In this document: positions 1 through 9,579 of the stretch, piece by piece
How positions within the stretch are numbered: position 1 is the stretch's first letter
How the letters are laid out: each line of letters begins with the position of its first letter
Assembly: GCA_020353535.1 (NCBI GenBank)
Contig: CP070696.1
Location: forward strand, 1,677,828-1,741,827
From: Spirochaetaceae bacterium
GTDB taxonomy: Bacteria > Spirochaetota > Spirochaetia > SZUA-6 > DRHE01
DNA length: 64,000 bases
Direction: 5' to 3'
Notes under the pieces: generated by a model
What the model saw: only the letters and a program-made list of their open reading frames with translations
Told to the model about the DNA's origin: nothing
The model's database searches: none
Made by a program: the position numbers and the translations under genes

Positions 1-172
1 ACGGATCTCACACGGGACGTTTCCTGGCCGAGTTTCTCCTGGAGCGCAGCAACACCCCTTCCTGAAACCGAAGCGGGCGAATCTGAACACATCACGGGCA
101 CAGCGCGGATCCGGTGAGGGTGCAGGTAGGTGCCTTGCGGGCGCAGCGCGGGGTGCAGCGCCGAAGGGCCGA

Positions 173-925
173 TCAGGCGGCCTGTTCGCGGAGTTTTTGC
201 GCTTTGTGGGGATGGTTGGCGGACCTGCTCCTGGTTTTTTCCTGTTCCAGATCCTGATACATACCGCTGATGCTCTGCTCCAGGTATTCCTTGATCCGCA
301 TACGCTCCTCTCCGAACGGAGCCGCAGGATTGAAGCGGATCGGCTCCCCCACCCGGATGGCGCGAACATTTTTATTGACCGCCACCGGATAGAAGGTGAG
401 AACCTTGTGGGTGGTTTCGTACAGCCACTGAGCCATGCGTATGAATCCGGTGTTCAGCATGCAAAGGTCATCCCGCTTTTTGCTCTCGTCGTTTTCCGGA
501 AAGACCAGCAGGGCTCGTTTCGATTTGAGGTAGTTGAGACTTATTTCGAAGGTCCTGAAAATTTCCCGGCTTTTTCTGTACACCGGGATCGCCTTCAAGT
601 AGGCCATGAGCTGCACGCAGATCCGGCCGATGATGCGGGACAGTTCACGGCCCACGAAGGAGCGCAGCTTCAGCTCCTTTTCCACGAAATCCTGGCGAAT
701 GTAGGCGGCGCAGTCTTTCAGGTTCGTTACTTCCTGGACAACCCAGGGATACAACTTGTGGGTGAGGGAGCTCATCAAGGCCAGTGGCCCGAAGGATCCC
801 AGGTGGTTGGCCACGACCACCGCGTTGCTGCTTTTTAGTACTTTCTGTACTCCCTCGATATGAGCTTTGACATAGAAGACTTTGATGATTTTTGCCACCA
901 GCGTCCATATCAGGTTGCTCACCAC
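173..925 (-). CDS. lysophospholipid / 1-acyl-sn-glycerol-3-phosphate acyltransferase family protein (PlsC-like)
   Basis: 250-aa ORF with an acyltransferase block-I-like VVANHLGSFGP and a block-III-like LLVFPEN. The opposite-strand ORF 197..838 is a GC-shadow. Confidence 0.6.
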   Translation of the reverse strand: MVSNLIWTLVAKIIKVFYVKAHIEGVQKVLKSSNAVVVANHLGSFGPLALMSSLTHKLYPWVVQEVTNLKDCAAYIRQDFVEKELKLRSFVGRELSRIIGRICVQLMAYLKAIPVYRKSREIFRTFEISLNYLKSKRALLVFPENDESKKRDDLCMLNTGFIRMAQWLYETTHKVLTFYPVAVNKNVRAIRVGEPIRFNPAAPFGEERMRIKEYLEQSISGMYQDLEQEKTRSRSANHPHKAQKLREQAA

Positions 926-1120
926 AGGCCCCCCCTCGACCTTTGTACCCCGTCTACCTAAATACTAATCCGCTTTCGGCTGCAACGCAACCTCTATTTC
1001 GTATAGATTTGATTTTGACGTAACAGACCCTGTTTTTGCGGATTCCGAATACTACCTGGGGTGTGCATTCATCGACTTTCTGCCTTGACACTCCGCCGCT
1101 GTTCGGCGCTCAATAGAGGC

Positions 1121-1732
1121 ATGAAGGAAAAACAGGACAAGATCGGTCGTAAGCGGCGCTACACCCTGGAACCGCCGGCCGGATTCGCCAACAGGGAGCT
1201 GGCCCACAGCGTAGCCCAGCTTCAGGAGTTGGCAGAGCGAGTTTACGATCAGATCGTCGACCTGGCGGGAGAAGCGCTGGACTTCACGGCCCGGGATACT
1301 CCCCTGAGCATCTCCATGCTGGTGCTGCACATGGCCTGGGCCGAGGCCCGGTGGGTGCAGCGGCTCACTGGCGTGGAGATACCCGATCCTCTGCGCAGGG
1401 AGATCGAGAAAGGCAGCCTCAGCAACATCGGCGGAGCGCCGCCCGGCGGAGCGCCGCCCGGCGAGCCGCCGCCCAGTGGCTACGCCGCCTCCAAGCTGAT
1501 CGAGCTGTGCAGGCAAGTGCAGAGGGACTACGCGCAACCGGCGCTTTCGGATATCAAAGATATGGATACGGTTGTTACAAAAGATGGACAAACCTTTTCC
1601 GTCCGTGGAGTCATAGGCCAGCTCGCCTGGCATTGGATCTACCACTCCGGGCAGATCGGACTGCTGCGGCTGATCTGGGGCTCTGATTACCAGTGGAGGA
1701 GCGAAGATATCGTGACGCTTCCTCCGCGATAA
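1121..1732 (+). CDS. DinB-family (DinB_2-like four-helix bundle) protein
   Basis: ORF 1061..1732; the ATG at 1121 follows AGAGG. DinB-like helices are present (LAHSVAQLQELAERVYDQIVDL, LAWHWIYHSGQIGLL). Carries an in-frame Gly/Pro repeat. Confidence 0.65.
   Translation: MKEKQDKIGRKRRYTLEPPAGFANRELAHSVAQLQELAERVYDQIVDLAGEALDFTARDTPLSISMLVLHMAWAEARWVQRLTGVEIPDPLRREIEKGSLSNIGGAPPGGAPPGEPPPSGYAASKLIELCRQVQRDYAQPALSDIKDMDTVVTKDGQTFSVRGVIGQLAWHWIYHSGQIGLLRLIWGSDYQWRSEDIVTLPPR
1430..1474 (+). repeat. 15-bp tandem repeat, two exact copies plus one degenerate copy, in frame inside the DinB-family gene
   Basis: ggcggagcgccgccc at 1430-1444 and 1445-1459, then ggcgagccgccgccc at 1460-1474. It encodes GGAPPGGAPPGEPPP. 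Confidence 0.9.
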
Positions 1733-1744
1733 AGAGGTGAGTTT

Positions 1745-2029
1745 ATGGTGAATGTCAAAGCCGCGGTGTCCAAGGCCATGGGCTACCTCAAAGATATGTA
1801 CCAGATCGAACAGTTCAAGGACGTTCTGCTCGAGGAGGTGGATATATCGGAGGACAACAAGTACTGGAACGTCACCATCGGCTTCACCCGGCGTCAGGAA
1901 TCCACCTCCGGCGGACCCATGGCCACCCTGATCGGACAGTCCACCGAGTTCAAGCGGGAGTTCAAGGTCTTCCAGATCGATGCGGAAACCGGTGATCTTC
2001 GCTCGATGAGGAGCAGAAAAGGGGAGTAG
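1745..2029 (+). CDS. small hypothetical protein (94 aa), alpha+beta, PepSY-like pattern
   Basis: AGAGGTGA RBS sits just upstream of the ATG. The stop TAG (2027-2029) shares its G with the GTG start of the next gene. Segments EEVDISEDNKYWNVTIGF and FKVFQIDAETGDL resemble PepSY-type strands. Confidence 0.6.
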   Translation: MVNVKAAVSKAMGYLKDMYQIEQFKDVLLEEVDISEDNKYWNVTIGFTRRQESTSGGPMATLIGQSTEFKREFKVFQIDAETGDLRSMRSRKGE

Positions 2030-3786
2030 TGGAGCGCGATTCGATCAGCCTGCTCTGGCCGGGGGAGGTGCAGGCCGTCGGCGGGGTTTTGGACCAGCGC
2101 GCCGCCGTAGATCTGGATCTTCACACCACGATCAACGCTCTTGCCGAGTCTGCTGATCAGCGGGAGGCAATCGAGCAGCTCCTCGGTATGCTCTGCCAGG
2201 ACGCGGATACGATCAGCTACCGGCAGGAGGTGATAGCCGATCTACTCGCCGACAACGAGCTGACCGCCGGGCTGCAAAACCTCGTACAGGACCTCTCCTC
2301 TCTCACCCGCTTCCACCTGCCCAGAGAGAAGGCGGAGATCCTCTACGAGGTGACCTGGCGCCTGGGAGAGCTGGAGAGCTATGCCGACTGCGTTGACAAG
2401 CTGGGCAGTCTTCTCGATGCACCGCAGCGCGACATTGGCTCGCGAGCCCTGCGAAGACTGCGGGTGTACCTGCAGTCTGTCCGCTCCGATCCGGTGTTTG
2501 CGCATCTGCGGGCCGAGCTACCGGAGCTGATGTCCAGGGTGCGCGGGATCGCCAGCGTAACCGTGGGCATCAATCTTGACCAGGATCTGCAGCCCCAGGC
2601 GGCCACCCTGCTTCAGATCAACAAGAGGCGATTCCACGGCTCCTCCGACACCCTGCTGGGACGCCTGTTCGGCGGGAAGCGGACCGGAGGGTGGGAGGGG
2701 ATCGCCCCGCTCCATAGCATGCCCAAGGCTGGAGCCGGAGAGCAACGTTCCCCTTACGTTCGTCCGCTCATGGTTCCCCTGTTCCGGGATTTATCGGACC
2801 TTCTCAGCAGGAGCTGCCGCCCCATTGCTGCTGCCCTGGAGCGCTACGTCCAGCTCAACAGCCGAGTACTGGCCGACAGCAGCGGTCAGCTGATGCTCTA
2901 CCTGGGGGCGCTGCGTCTGATCCGGCGCCTCCAGGATTTGGGATTGCCCATGTGCCGTCCCGACATCGTCCCTATGAGCGAAGGAGTCTGCGTCCTTGCG
3001 GAGGGCTACAACCTCAATCTGGCCCTGCGCTTCGCAGGGCAGGATTCGGCGGATCTGGGGGAGCGGATCGTACGCAATGATATCGAGATCGGCAGGGCAG
3101 GAGATGTATTCGTGCTCACCGGACCGAACCGGGGAGGAAAGACCACCTACATGCAGGCTGTGGGCCTGGCCCAGGTTCTGGCTCAAGCCGGACTGTACGT
3201 GCCAGCCCGGGCTGCTAGAATCAGCCCGGTGGACGGCGTCTACACCCACTTCCCTGCAAAGGAGCATCCCGAGCTGGACACGGGCAGGCTGGGTGAAGAA
3301 GCCCAGCGCCTTCGAGAGCTGTTCTCCGCCGCCACATCCTGCAGCCTGATCCTGCTCAACGAATCTCTGTCCACCACCAGCCCTGCGGAGAGCCTGGATC
3401 TGGCCCGGGATGTACTGCGCATCCTTCGGCTTCTGGGTGCCAGGGCCATCTATACAACCCACATGCACGAGCTGGCTAGGGAGGTCGAGCAGCTCAACAG
3501 AGAAGTCCCGGGCTCCGCCAGAATCACCAGCCTGATTTCCCTGGTCGAGGGTGGACGGAGCGGGGAGGTGATGGAGGCTGGGACGAAGGACCGCGGGGGC
3601 AGGGGACACCGTAGGGTGCTGGCCGCCGCTCGGGAAAGCGAATCCCCTCAATCGATTCATCGCACCTTCAAGATCCAGCCCGGTACACCCGCCGGCCAGA
3701 GCTACGCCCGGGAGATCGCCGCCAAGCACGGGGTCAGCTACCATCAGCTGGAGGAGTTGCTGCGCAAACGGGGGGTTGTTTCCTGA
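2029..3786 (+). CDS. MutS-related ATPase (MutS domain III/V only; no mismatch-recognition or Smr domain)
   Basis: Walker A GPNRGGKTT, MutS-type QAVGLAQVLAQAGLYVPA, H-loop TTHMHEL, and a Walker-B region SLILLNESLSTTSP. GGGGAG RBS precedes the GTG at 2029. Confidence 0.8.
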   Translation: MERDSISLLWPGEVQAVGGVLDQRAAVDLDLHTTINALAESADQREAIEQLLGMLCQDADTISYRQEVIADLLADNELTAGLQNLVQDLSSLTRFHLPREKAEILYEVTWRLGELESYADCVDKLGSLLDAPQRDIGSRALRRLRVYLQSVRSDPVFAHLRAELPELMSRVRGIASVTVGINLDQDLQPQAATLLQINKRRFHGSSDTLLGRLFGGKRTGGWEGIAPLHSMPKAGAGEQRSPYVRPLMVPLFRDLSDLLSRSCRPIAAALERYVQLNSRVLADSSGQLMLYLGALRLIRRLQDLGLPMCRPDIVPMSEGVCVLAEGYNLNLALRFAGQDSADLGERIVRNDIEIGRAGDVFVLTGPNRGGKTTYMQAVGLAQVLAQAGLYVPARAARISPVDGVYTHFPAKEHPELDTGRLGEEAQRLRELFSAATSCSLILLNESLSTTSPAESLDLARDVLRILRLLGARAIYTTHMHELAREVEQLNREVPGSARITSLISLVEGGRSGEVMEAGTKDRGGRGHRRVLAAARESESPQSIHRTFKIQPGTPAGQSYAREIAAKHGVSYHQLEELLRKRGVVS

Positions 3787-3848
3787 GCGGTTCTGTTGTC
3801 CCTCCGGATCGCTGATGCTCGAAGCCTAGAGTTTCTGCACGATCCCGT

Positions 3849-3879
3849 GGAGATCTATGGGCTGGGATCTCCGGATTTT
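3849..3879 (+). terminator. possible intrinsic terminator downstream of the MutS-related gene
   Basis: GGAGATC (3849-3855), 10-nt loop, GATCTCC (3866-3872), then GGATTTT. The stem is only 7 bp and there are only 4 T. Confidence 0.35.
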
Positions 3880-4898
3880 CATGAGGAGGCCAGCTTTACC
3901 GCCAGCTCGATCGCCGCCGCCATGCTCTGTTCGGAGGCGATACCCTTGCCGGCGATGTCGAAGGCCACACCGTGATCCACGGAGGTGCGGACGATAGGCA
4001 GCCCGAGGGTGATGTTGACGCCCCGCACGCTGGCAAACCTGTTCCGGTCCCACACGAAGCCTTTCATCTTTAAGGGAATGTGGCCCTGGTCGTGATACAT
4101 GGCTACCACGGCGTCGAACTTTCCACCGGAAGCCTCGGAGAAACAGGTGTCCGGTGGCAGCGGACCCTGGACCTGCATGCCGAGAGATCCGGCGTCGGCA
4201 ACGGCCGGGGCGATTTCCAGTTGCTCCTCATCGCCGAACAGACCGCTCTCCCCCGCATGCGGGTTGAGACCCGCCACGGCGATGCGGGGATGCTCGATAC
4301 CGATGCGGCGCAGCATGTCCGACGTCAGTTTGATTACCCTTAGGATCCTGTCCTTTTTTACCCGCTCGATCGCTTCCCGAAGCGATAGGTGACCCGAGAC
4401 GTGAACCACCCGGAAATCCCCCTCGACCAGCATCATGGTATAGTCTTCTGTGCCGGTCAAGGAGGCGAAGATTTCGGTGTGACCCGGGAAGGAAATTCCG
4501 GCCTGGTTAAGAGCCTCCTTGTGAATTGGAGCGGTGACGGTGCCGTCGATTGTTCCATCCATGGCCAGCTGTACGGCGGTCTCTATGTATTCATAGGCGG
4601 CCCGGCCGCAGACGGCGGAGATCTTTCCCCACTCGAAGACGTCGATGTTAGCCAGATCCATCACGTTGATTCGCCCGGGGCGAAACGCCTCGGCCTCCGG
4701 TATTTGCCCGGGATCGCAGCGCCCAACCTCTAAGTCCAGTTTTGTAACATCCCGGGAAGCCCTCTGCATTACGTTGAAATCTCCGATCACCAGAGCACGA
4801 CAGATCTGGTTTATCGATTCCCGGGCCAAAACTTTCACGATGATTTCAGCGCCGACACCGGCGGGATCCCCCATGGTGATGCCCAGCAGCGGTTTCAC
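3879..4898 (-). CDS. pdxA: PdxA-family 4-hydroxythreonine-4-phosphate dehydrogenase-like enzyme (likely PdxA2-type 4-phospho-acid-sugar dehydrogenase)
   Basis: Begins KPLLGITMGDPAGVGAEII and contains the HTEIF and PIVRTSVDHGVAFDIAGKG motifs. The GTG at 4898 is preceded by GGAGG. The ORF-track extension to 5240 lacks any family signature. Confidence 0.8.
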   Translation of the reverse strand: MKPLLGITMGDPAGVGAEIIVKVLARESINQICRALVIGDFNVMQRASRDVTKLDLEVGRCDPGQIPEAEAFRPGRINVMDLANIDVFEWGKISAVCGRAAYEYIETAVQLAMDGTIDGTVTAPIHKEALNQAGISFPGHTEIFASLTGTEDYTMMLVEGDFRVVHVSGHLSLREAIERVKKDRILRVIKLTSDMLRRIGIEHPRIAVAGLNPHAGESGLFGDEEQLEIAPAVADAGSLGMQVQGPLPPDTCFSEASGGKFDAVVAMYHDQGHIPLKMKGFVWDRNRFASVRGVNITLGLPIVRTSVDHGVAFDIAGKGIASEQSMAAAIELAVKLASS

Positions 4899-4940
4899 TT
4901 CGTTGACGCTCCTCCCGGGTTCGCTGTAGCTTGAGCACAA

Positions 4941-6251
4941 ATGTTGGAACTGCTCGTTCTGGCCGATGATTTCACAGGTGCCCTCGACACCGGGGTGCAA
5001 TTTTCCCGGCAAAGCATTCCAACTCTGGTTTCTACCAGGATCGAAACGCTTGATCAAGGGGGGGAAATCTCCGTGCTCGCGCTCGATCTGGAGACCAGGC
5101 ACCTGTCCGCCCAGGCGGCGGTCGAGCGGGTACGCCAGGCGGTGCAGCACGCCCGAGGCACCGGCGTGGAAATCTTCTACAAGAAGACCGATTCCACCCT
5201 GCGGGGCAACATCGGCGGCGAGTTGGAAGCCCTTTTGCATGCGGCCGGCGGTTCTTTATTGGCTTTTGTTCCCGCCTATCCTCAGACCGGCCGAACAACG
5301 GTCGCCGGCCGTCAGTACGTGGACGGGGTTCCCCTGCATCTGTCACCGTACGCCGCGGATCCACAAAATCCGGTACGCAGCAGCTCGGTGCCGCGGATTA
5401 TCGCCGAACAGAGCTCGATCGCAGTCGAAGTTGTCGAGACTCCAGAGGCCTTGGACAGCGACCGGCTGGAGCGGGAACAGCGACGGCATTGCGGACCAAA
5501 GATCTTGGTTTTCGACGCCCGCAGCGACGAAGAGCTGCAGAGTATCGCAGAGCGGTTGAGGCGCCTCGGGCTTCTTCGCCTCACCGCCGGGTGCGCCGGC
5601 TTCGCCGCCCATCTGACCGCCGTAGTCGGCTTGAGTGCAAAGGCCGGAACAGCGGTCGAATGCCCGGACCAGTTACTCGTCGTGTGCGGAAGCACGAATC
5701 CCGTTTCCCTCGAACAGATCGAGGCGGCGGTGCAATCCGGGATGAAGCGAATTGTTTTCGAAACGAATCATCTGCTGTACCGGGGCCATGCAGAACGGAT
5801 CCCGGCTGCGGAAGAGGACCCCCGTCTGGACAGCTCAACAGTATCTCGCATCGGAGCAATCCTGGACAGCGGGTGGGACCTCATACTGCAGACGGCCCCT
5901 GGAGGGATCGAGCCCGCCCGGGCGGGAGCGGGGCGGGTGTCGCCCCGCGTTGTGGCTCAGGCGCTCGGCGAGCTGGTCGCCAGGATCCTGCGATCCCGGA
6001 GCAGACTGACTCCTGTTGTTTTTGGAGGTGACACCGCCCTCGCTGTGGTGGAAGGCCTCGGTTCGTCGGCGATTGTGCCGATCGCACAGATCGCTCCCGG
6101 AGTCGTGCTGTCCAGGATGGTCTGTGACTCTCTGCCCATACCGCTGATCACCAAGGCGGGCGGAATCGGTTCTCCCGGGATCATAGAGGAAATCAGGGGG
6201 TTTATACGCTCCAATCCAGAGGCTAGTTCCCGCTTTTCAGGATCTTGCTGA
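4941..6251 (+). CDS. four-carbon acid sugar kinase family protein (DUF1537; OtnK/DtnK-like)
   Basis: N-terminus MLELLVLADDFTGALDTGVQF, and 436 aa is the typical length. Lies divergent from the PdxA-family gene. Confidence 0.8.
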   Translation: MLELLVLADDFTGALDTGVQFSRQSIPTLVSTRIETLDQGGEISVLALDLETRHLSAQAAVERVRQAVQHARGTGVEIFYKKTDSTLRGNIGGELEALLHAAGGSLLAFVPAYPQTGRTTVAGRQYVDGVPLHLSPYAADPQNPVRSSSVPRIIAEQSSIAVEVVETPEALDSDRLEREQRRHCGPKILVFDARSDEELQSIAERLRRLGLLRLTAGCAGFAAHLTAVVGLSAKAGTAVECPDQLLVVCGSTNPVSLEQIEAAVQSGMKRIVFETNHLLYRGHAERIPAAEEDPRLDSSTVSRIGAILDSGWDLILQTAPGGIEPARAGAGRVSPRVVAQALGELVARILRSRSRLTPVVFGGDTALAVVEGLGSSAIVPIAQIAPGVVLSRMVCDSLPIPLITKAGGIGSPGIIEEIRGFIRSNPEASSRFSGSC

Positions 6252-7449
6252 CCGTGAGCGCTCGGATGCGGTGGGAGGTCGGGAAACCGGATCCCAGTAG
6301 GGGCCGGGCGTAGTTGAAAAACTCCACCGTGGTATCGTTCCCGCCGGCGGTCAGGTGCTCGGCGGCCATGGTCTTGGTCTTGGCCGCGATCTCTTCCAGG
6401 GATACGATGCGGTAATCCACGGAGTAGTTGCCGGTACGCTGGATGGTGATCGAACCGTCTATGTCGTGCCAGATGGCGAACTGGGCGGCCTTCTCGCCGA
6501 CCTCCCGGGCTTCGTGGGCATCCACGTCGGAGACCACCCCCAGGAAGGAACGCTGCATGTAGCCCAGCGTGTCGGCGCGTACGCGCTTGACCTTCAGGCG
6601 GGTCTTGACCAGCTCTCCCAACATCGTGCCCAGCTCCCCGGTTCCCGACAGCTGCACATTGCCGTGGGCGTCTTTTTCGATGCGGCCGGTCAGACCGACC
6701 ACAACCGGCTGCTTTTTCTCATCCACAATGCCCTCGCTCACCGCCACCACGCAGCGGCCGTGGGCGTCCAGGGCATTCTTGACGTCCCCGAGGAACTGCT
6801 CGGTGGAGAAAGCGTGCTCCGGCACGTACACACAGTGGGGCCCGTCATCCGGGTATTTCTTGCCCAGCGAGGCGGCCGCGGTGAGAAAGCCGGCGTTGCG
6901 CCCCATGACCACGCCGATGAACACGCCGGGAAGGGCGCGGTTGTCGAGATTGAAGCCCATGAAGGCCTGGGCCACGAAGCGGGCGGCGGAGCCGTAACCC
7001 GGTGTATGGTCGTTCACCACCAGGTCGTTGTCGATCGTCTTCGGGATATGGATGCAGCGCATATCGTAGCCGGCGCTCTCCGCATTCTGATTCACGATGC
7101 GTACCGTGTCGGCACTGTCATTGCCGCCAATGTAGAAGAAGTAGCGTACGTCGTGGGCCTGGCATACCTTGAAGATCTCGGCGCAGTAGGCCGCGTCGGG
7201 TTTGTCCCTCGTGGAAAGCAGGGCGCTGGAGGGGGTTAGAGCCACCTGCTCGAGGTTGTGGGTGGTCTCCTGGGTGAGGTCGAGGAAATCCTCGTTCACG
7301 ATTCCCCGAACGCCGTACATGGCTCCGTAGACCCGGGTGACTTCCGGGAATTTCCGCGATTCCAGGACAGCTCCCACCATGGACTGATTGATGACGGCGG
7401 TAGGCCCTCCGCCTTGGGCGATGAGCACCTTGCCGGTAAGCTTGCTCAT
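6223..7449 (-). CDS. 6-phosphofructokinase family, probably PPi-dependent (diphosphate--fructose-6-phosphate 1-phosphotransferase)
   Basis: KVLIAQGGGPTAVINQS, YIGGNDSADT (Asp at the position that marks PPi enzymes) and IPKTIDNDL. 408 aa. Confidence 0.8.
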   Translation of the reverse strand: MSKLTGKVLIAQGGGPTAVINQSMVGAVLESRKFPEVTRVYGAMYGVRGIVNEDFLDLTQETTHNLEQVALTPSSALLSTRDKPDAAYCAEIFKVCQAHDVRYFFYIGGNDSADTVRIVNQNAESAGYDMRCIHIPKTIDNDLVVNDHTPGYGSAARFVAQAFMGFNLDNRALPGVFIGVVMGRNAGFLTAAASLGKKYPDDGPHCVYVPEHAFSTEQFLGDVKNALDAHGRCVVAVSEGIVDEKKQPVVVGLTGRIEKDAHGNVQLSGTGELGTMLGELVKTRLKVKRVRADTLGYMQRSFLGVVSDVDAHEAREVGEKAAQFAIWHDIDGSITIQRTGNYSVDYRIVSLEEIAAKTKTMAAEHLTAGGNDTTVEFFNYARPLLGSGFPTSHRIRALTVSKILKSGN

Positions 7450-7677
7450 GATAGTTTCCTCCTCTGCCGTTATTACACCGATCGAACGAGCTTCGTCAAG
7501 CCTCGTCCGGCCGTCCGCTGATTCTGCCGGGTATGCTGGTGGATCCGGCTCTGCCGAACCCTGTTCCCAGGGTGGACAGAAACGGGCGAACAGGAAATAC
7601 TAAGGTCGAACGACATTGGACCAAATATCATGATGAAAAAGTGCAAAACAATCACGTCAGTAGGAGGGTGAGAAAGC

Positions 7678-9579
7678 GTGACCAAGGGATTCACAGGCAG
7701 GATCGTGCATGTTGACCTTACCGCCCGGAAGAGCACGGTGGAGCAGCCCCAGGAAAGCTTCTACCGGCGCTACGGTGGCGGTAGTGCTATGGGCACCCAT
7801 TATTTGCTCAAGGGAATGCCCGCCGGCGCGGATCCCCTGGGAGCGGAGAATATCCTGACCGTGTTTGTGGGTCCAGCCACGGGAGCTCCGATTTCCGGTC
7901 AGAGCCGGGTGAGCGTTTGCGCTAAATCCCCGCTCACCGGAGGCGCCGGGGATTCTCAGGCTGGGGGGTTCTGGCCGGCCTTTCTCAAACGCTCCGGTTT
8001 TGACGGTCTGGTTATAACCGGCAGGGCGGCAGAGCCGGTCTATCTCTGGCTGCACGATGGGAAGGTGGAGTTTCGCGAGGCGGATCATCTCTGGGGAAAG
8101 ATCACGGGCGAAACGGAGCGGCTCATCCGGGAGGAACTGGGCGATGAGAAGGCTCAGGTCATGCAGATCGGTCCGGCGGGAGAGAAGCTGGTGCGTTTCG
8201 CCTGCATCATCAACATGAGCAACCGGGCCAACGGGCGCACCGGGATGGGCGCGGTCATGGGCTCGAAAAACCTCAAAGCCATCGTTCTCCAGGGCGGGCA
8301 GGGTCCCGAATTCTTCGATTCTCAGAAGATCAAGGAGCTGGCTCGTTGGGGGGCGGACAATTTCAAGGACTCGAACACATACGAGCTGGGGCTGCACGGA
8401 ACGGCGAACGTCATTCCGGGACAGAACGACGACGGTGGCCTGCCCACGCGAAACTGGAGCAGCGGGGTTTTCGAAGATTATGAGAAGATTTCCGGGCAGA
8501 CCATGAGCAAAACGATACTTAAAGAGCGGGATACCTGCTTCGGCTGTGTGATCCGCTGCAAGCGGGTGGTGGAGGTCACTAAAGGCGGTTTTCAGGTGGA
8601 TCCATACTACGGAGGCCCGGAATACGAGTCCATTAGCACGTTGGGTTCTTACTGCGGGATCAACGACCTTCCCGCCATTGCCAAGGCGAACGAGCTGTGC
8701 AACAAGTTCGGGCTGGATACCATCTCCTGCGGCGCCACCATTGCCTGGGCCATGGACTGCTACGAACGGGGGGTGATCTCGAAAACAGCTACCGGCGGCC
8801 TCGAATTGAACTTCGGCAACACCGCCGCCATGGTGAGGCTGGTGGAACAGATAGCGGGGAAGGAGGGTTTCGGCGCTCTGCTGGCTGAAGGCTCGGCCAG
8901 GGCAGCGGAAAAATTCGGCTCGGAGGCGCAACGGCTGGTGGTCACCGCAAAAAAGCAGGAGTTTCCAGCCCACATGCCCCAGGTAAAGCGGTCGCTCGCT
9001 TTGATCTACGCGGTGAATCCCTGCGGCGCGGATCACATGTCCAGCGATCATGACCCCATGTACGAGCCCGACACCGACTACGCCGGCAGGATGGCAGAAA
9101 TAGGCCTCCTGGATCCACAGCCAGCGAGAGAGCTGGGGCCCGAAAAGGTACGCTTTGCCCATTACACTCAATGGATATACAGCGCCTGCAATAGTCTCTG
9201 CCTCTGCCAGTTCGTATACGGCCCTTCCTGGCAGCTATACTCTACGGGGCAGATGGCGGAGGTGATCAGAGCCGCCACGGGGTGGGAGTTCAACGTGTTC
9301 GAGCTGATGAAACTCGGTGAGCGCACTGTAAATCTGCAGCGGGCCTTCAACGCCAGGGAAGGATTTTCCGCCGAGAACGATGTCCTGCCGGAGAAAATCT
9401 CCCAGCCGTTGAAGGGAGGGGAGAGCGACGGTGCCTGGATTCCGGCGGACCAGATCGAGACGGCAAAGACCCTCTACTACCAGATGTGTGGCTGGAGCCG
9501 GGAGGGAATACCATCTCGAGCCAAACTGGAGGAGCTCGGAATCGGCTGGGCAGCCGATCTGATGGAAGAAAAATCATGA
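7678..9579 (+). CDS. aor: aldehyde:ferredoxin oxidoreductase (tungsten/molybdopterin AOR family)
   Basis: N-terminus [12 protein letters not shown], 4Fe-4S ligands CFGCVIRC, pterin motif GLDTISCG, and GPEYES. GGAGGG RBS precedes the GTG at 7678. Confidence 0.9.
   Translation: MTKGFTGRIVHVDLTARKSTVEQPQESFYRRYGGGSAMGTHYLLKGMPAGADPLGAENILTVFVGPATGAPISGQSRVSVCAKSPLTGGAGDSQAGGFWPAFLKRSGFDGLVITGRAAEPVYLWLHDGKVEFREADHLWGKITGETERLIREELGDEKAQVMQIGPAGEKLVRFACIINMSNRANGRTGMGAVMGSKNLKAIVLQGGQGPEFFDSQKIKELARWGADNFKDSNTYELGLHGTANVIPGQNDDGGLPTRNWSSGVFEDYEKISGQTMSKTILKERDTCFGCVIRCKRVVEVTKGGFQVDPYYGGPEYESISTLGSYCGINDLPAIAKANELCNKFGLDTISCGATIAWAMDCYERGVISKTATGGLELNFGNTAAMVRLVEQIAGKEGFGALLAEGSARAAEKFGSEAQRLVVTAKKQEFPAHMPQVKRSLALIYAVNPCGADHMSSDHDPMYEPDTDYAGRMAEIGLLDPQPARELGPEKVRFAHYTQWIYSACNSLCLCQFVYGPSWQLYSTGQMAEVIRAATGWEFNVFELMKLGERTVNLQRAFNAREGFSAENDVLPEKISQPLKGGESDGAWIPADQIETAKTLYYQMCGWSREGIPSRAKLEELGIGWAADLMEEKS

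Noticed and set aside
1-65. Open frame 3..65 ending in TGA (…GRFLAEFLLERSNTPS-stop) that could be the 3' end of a + strand gene cut by the window edge.
   Set aside because: Only 20 codons, with no motif and no way to distinguish it from chance. Not reported as a feature.
197-838. Many long ORFs antisense to, or out of frame with, recognised genes. Examples: 197..838+, 2791..3744-, 6355..7239+, 7657..9171-, 18145..19041-, 19582..20649-, 21546..22367-, 27167..28690+, 28835..29914-, 35569..36330+, 38215..39576+, 40012..40677-, 43576..44361+, 45400..46971-, 49912..50559-, 51429..52331-, 54509..55138+, 56751..57413+, 62858..63466+.
   Set aside because: Each overlaps a gene on another frame or strand that carries clear family motifs. 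Their translations are Arg/Pro/Gly/His-rich with no recognisable motifs, as expected for open shadow frames in about 60% G+C DNA.
4899-5240. N-terminal extensions offered by the ORF track: pdxA to 5240, dhaK from 9486, dhaL from 10604, E2 from 47391, folB from 51020, the OM candidate from 21084, GyrI-like from 16636, gcvH to 44798, and the permease to 56785.
   Set aside because: The extended parts overlap the preceding gene or lack family similarity. In each case an internal ATG or GTG with a Shine-Dalgarno-like sequence coincides with the normal family N-terminus.
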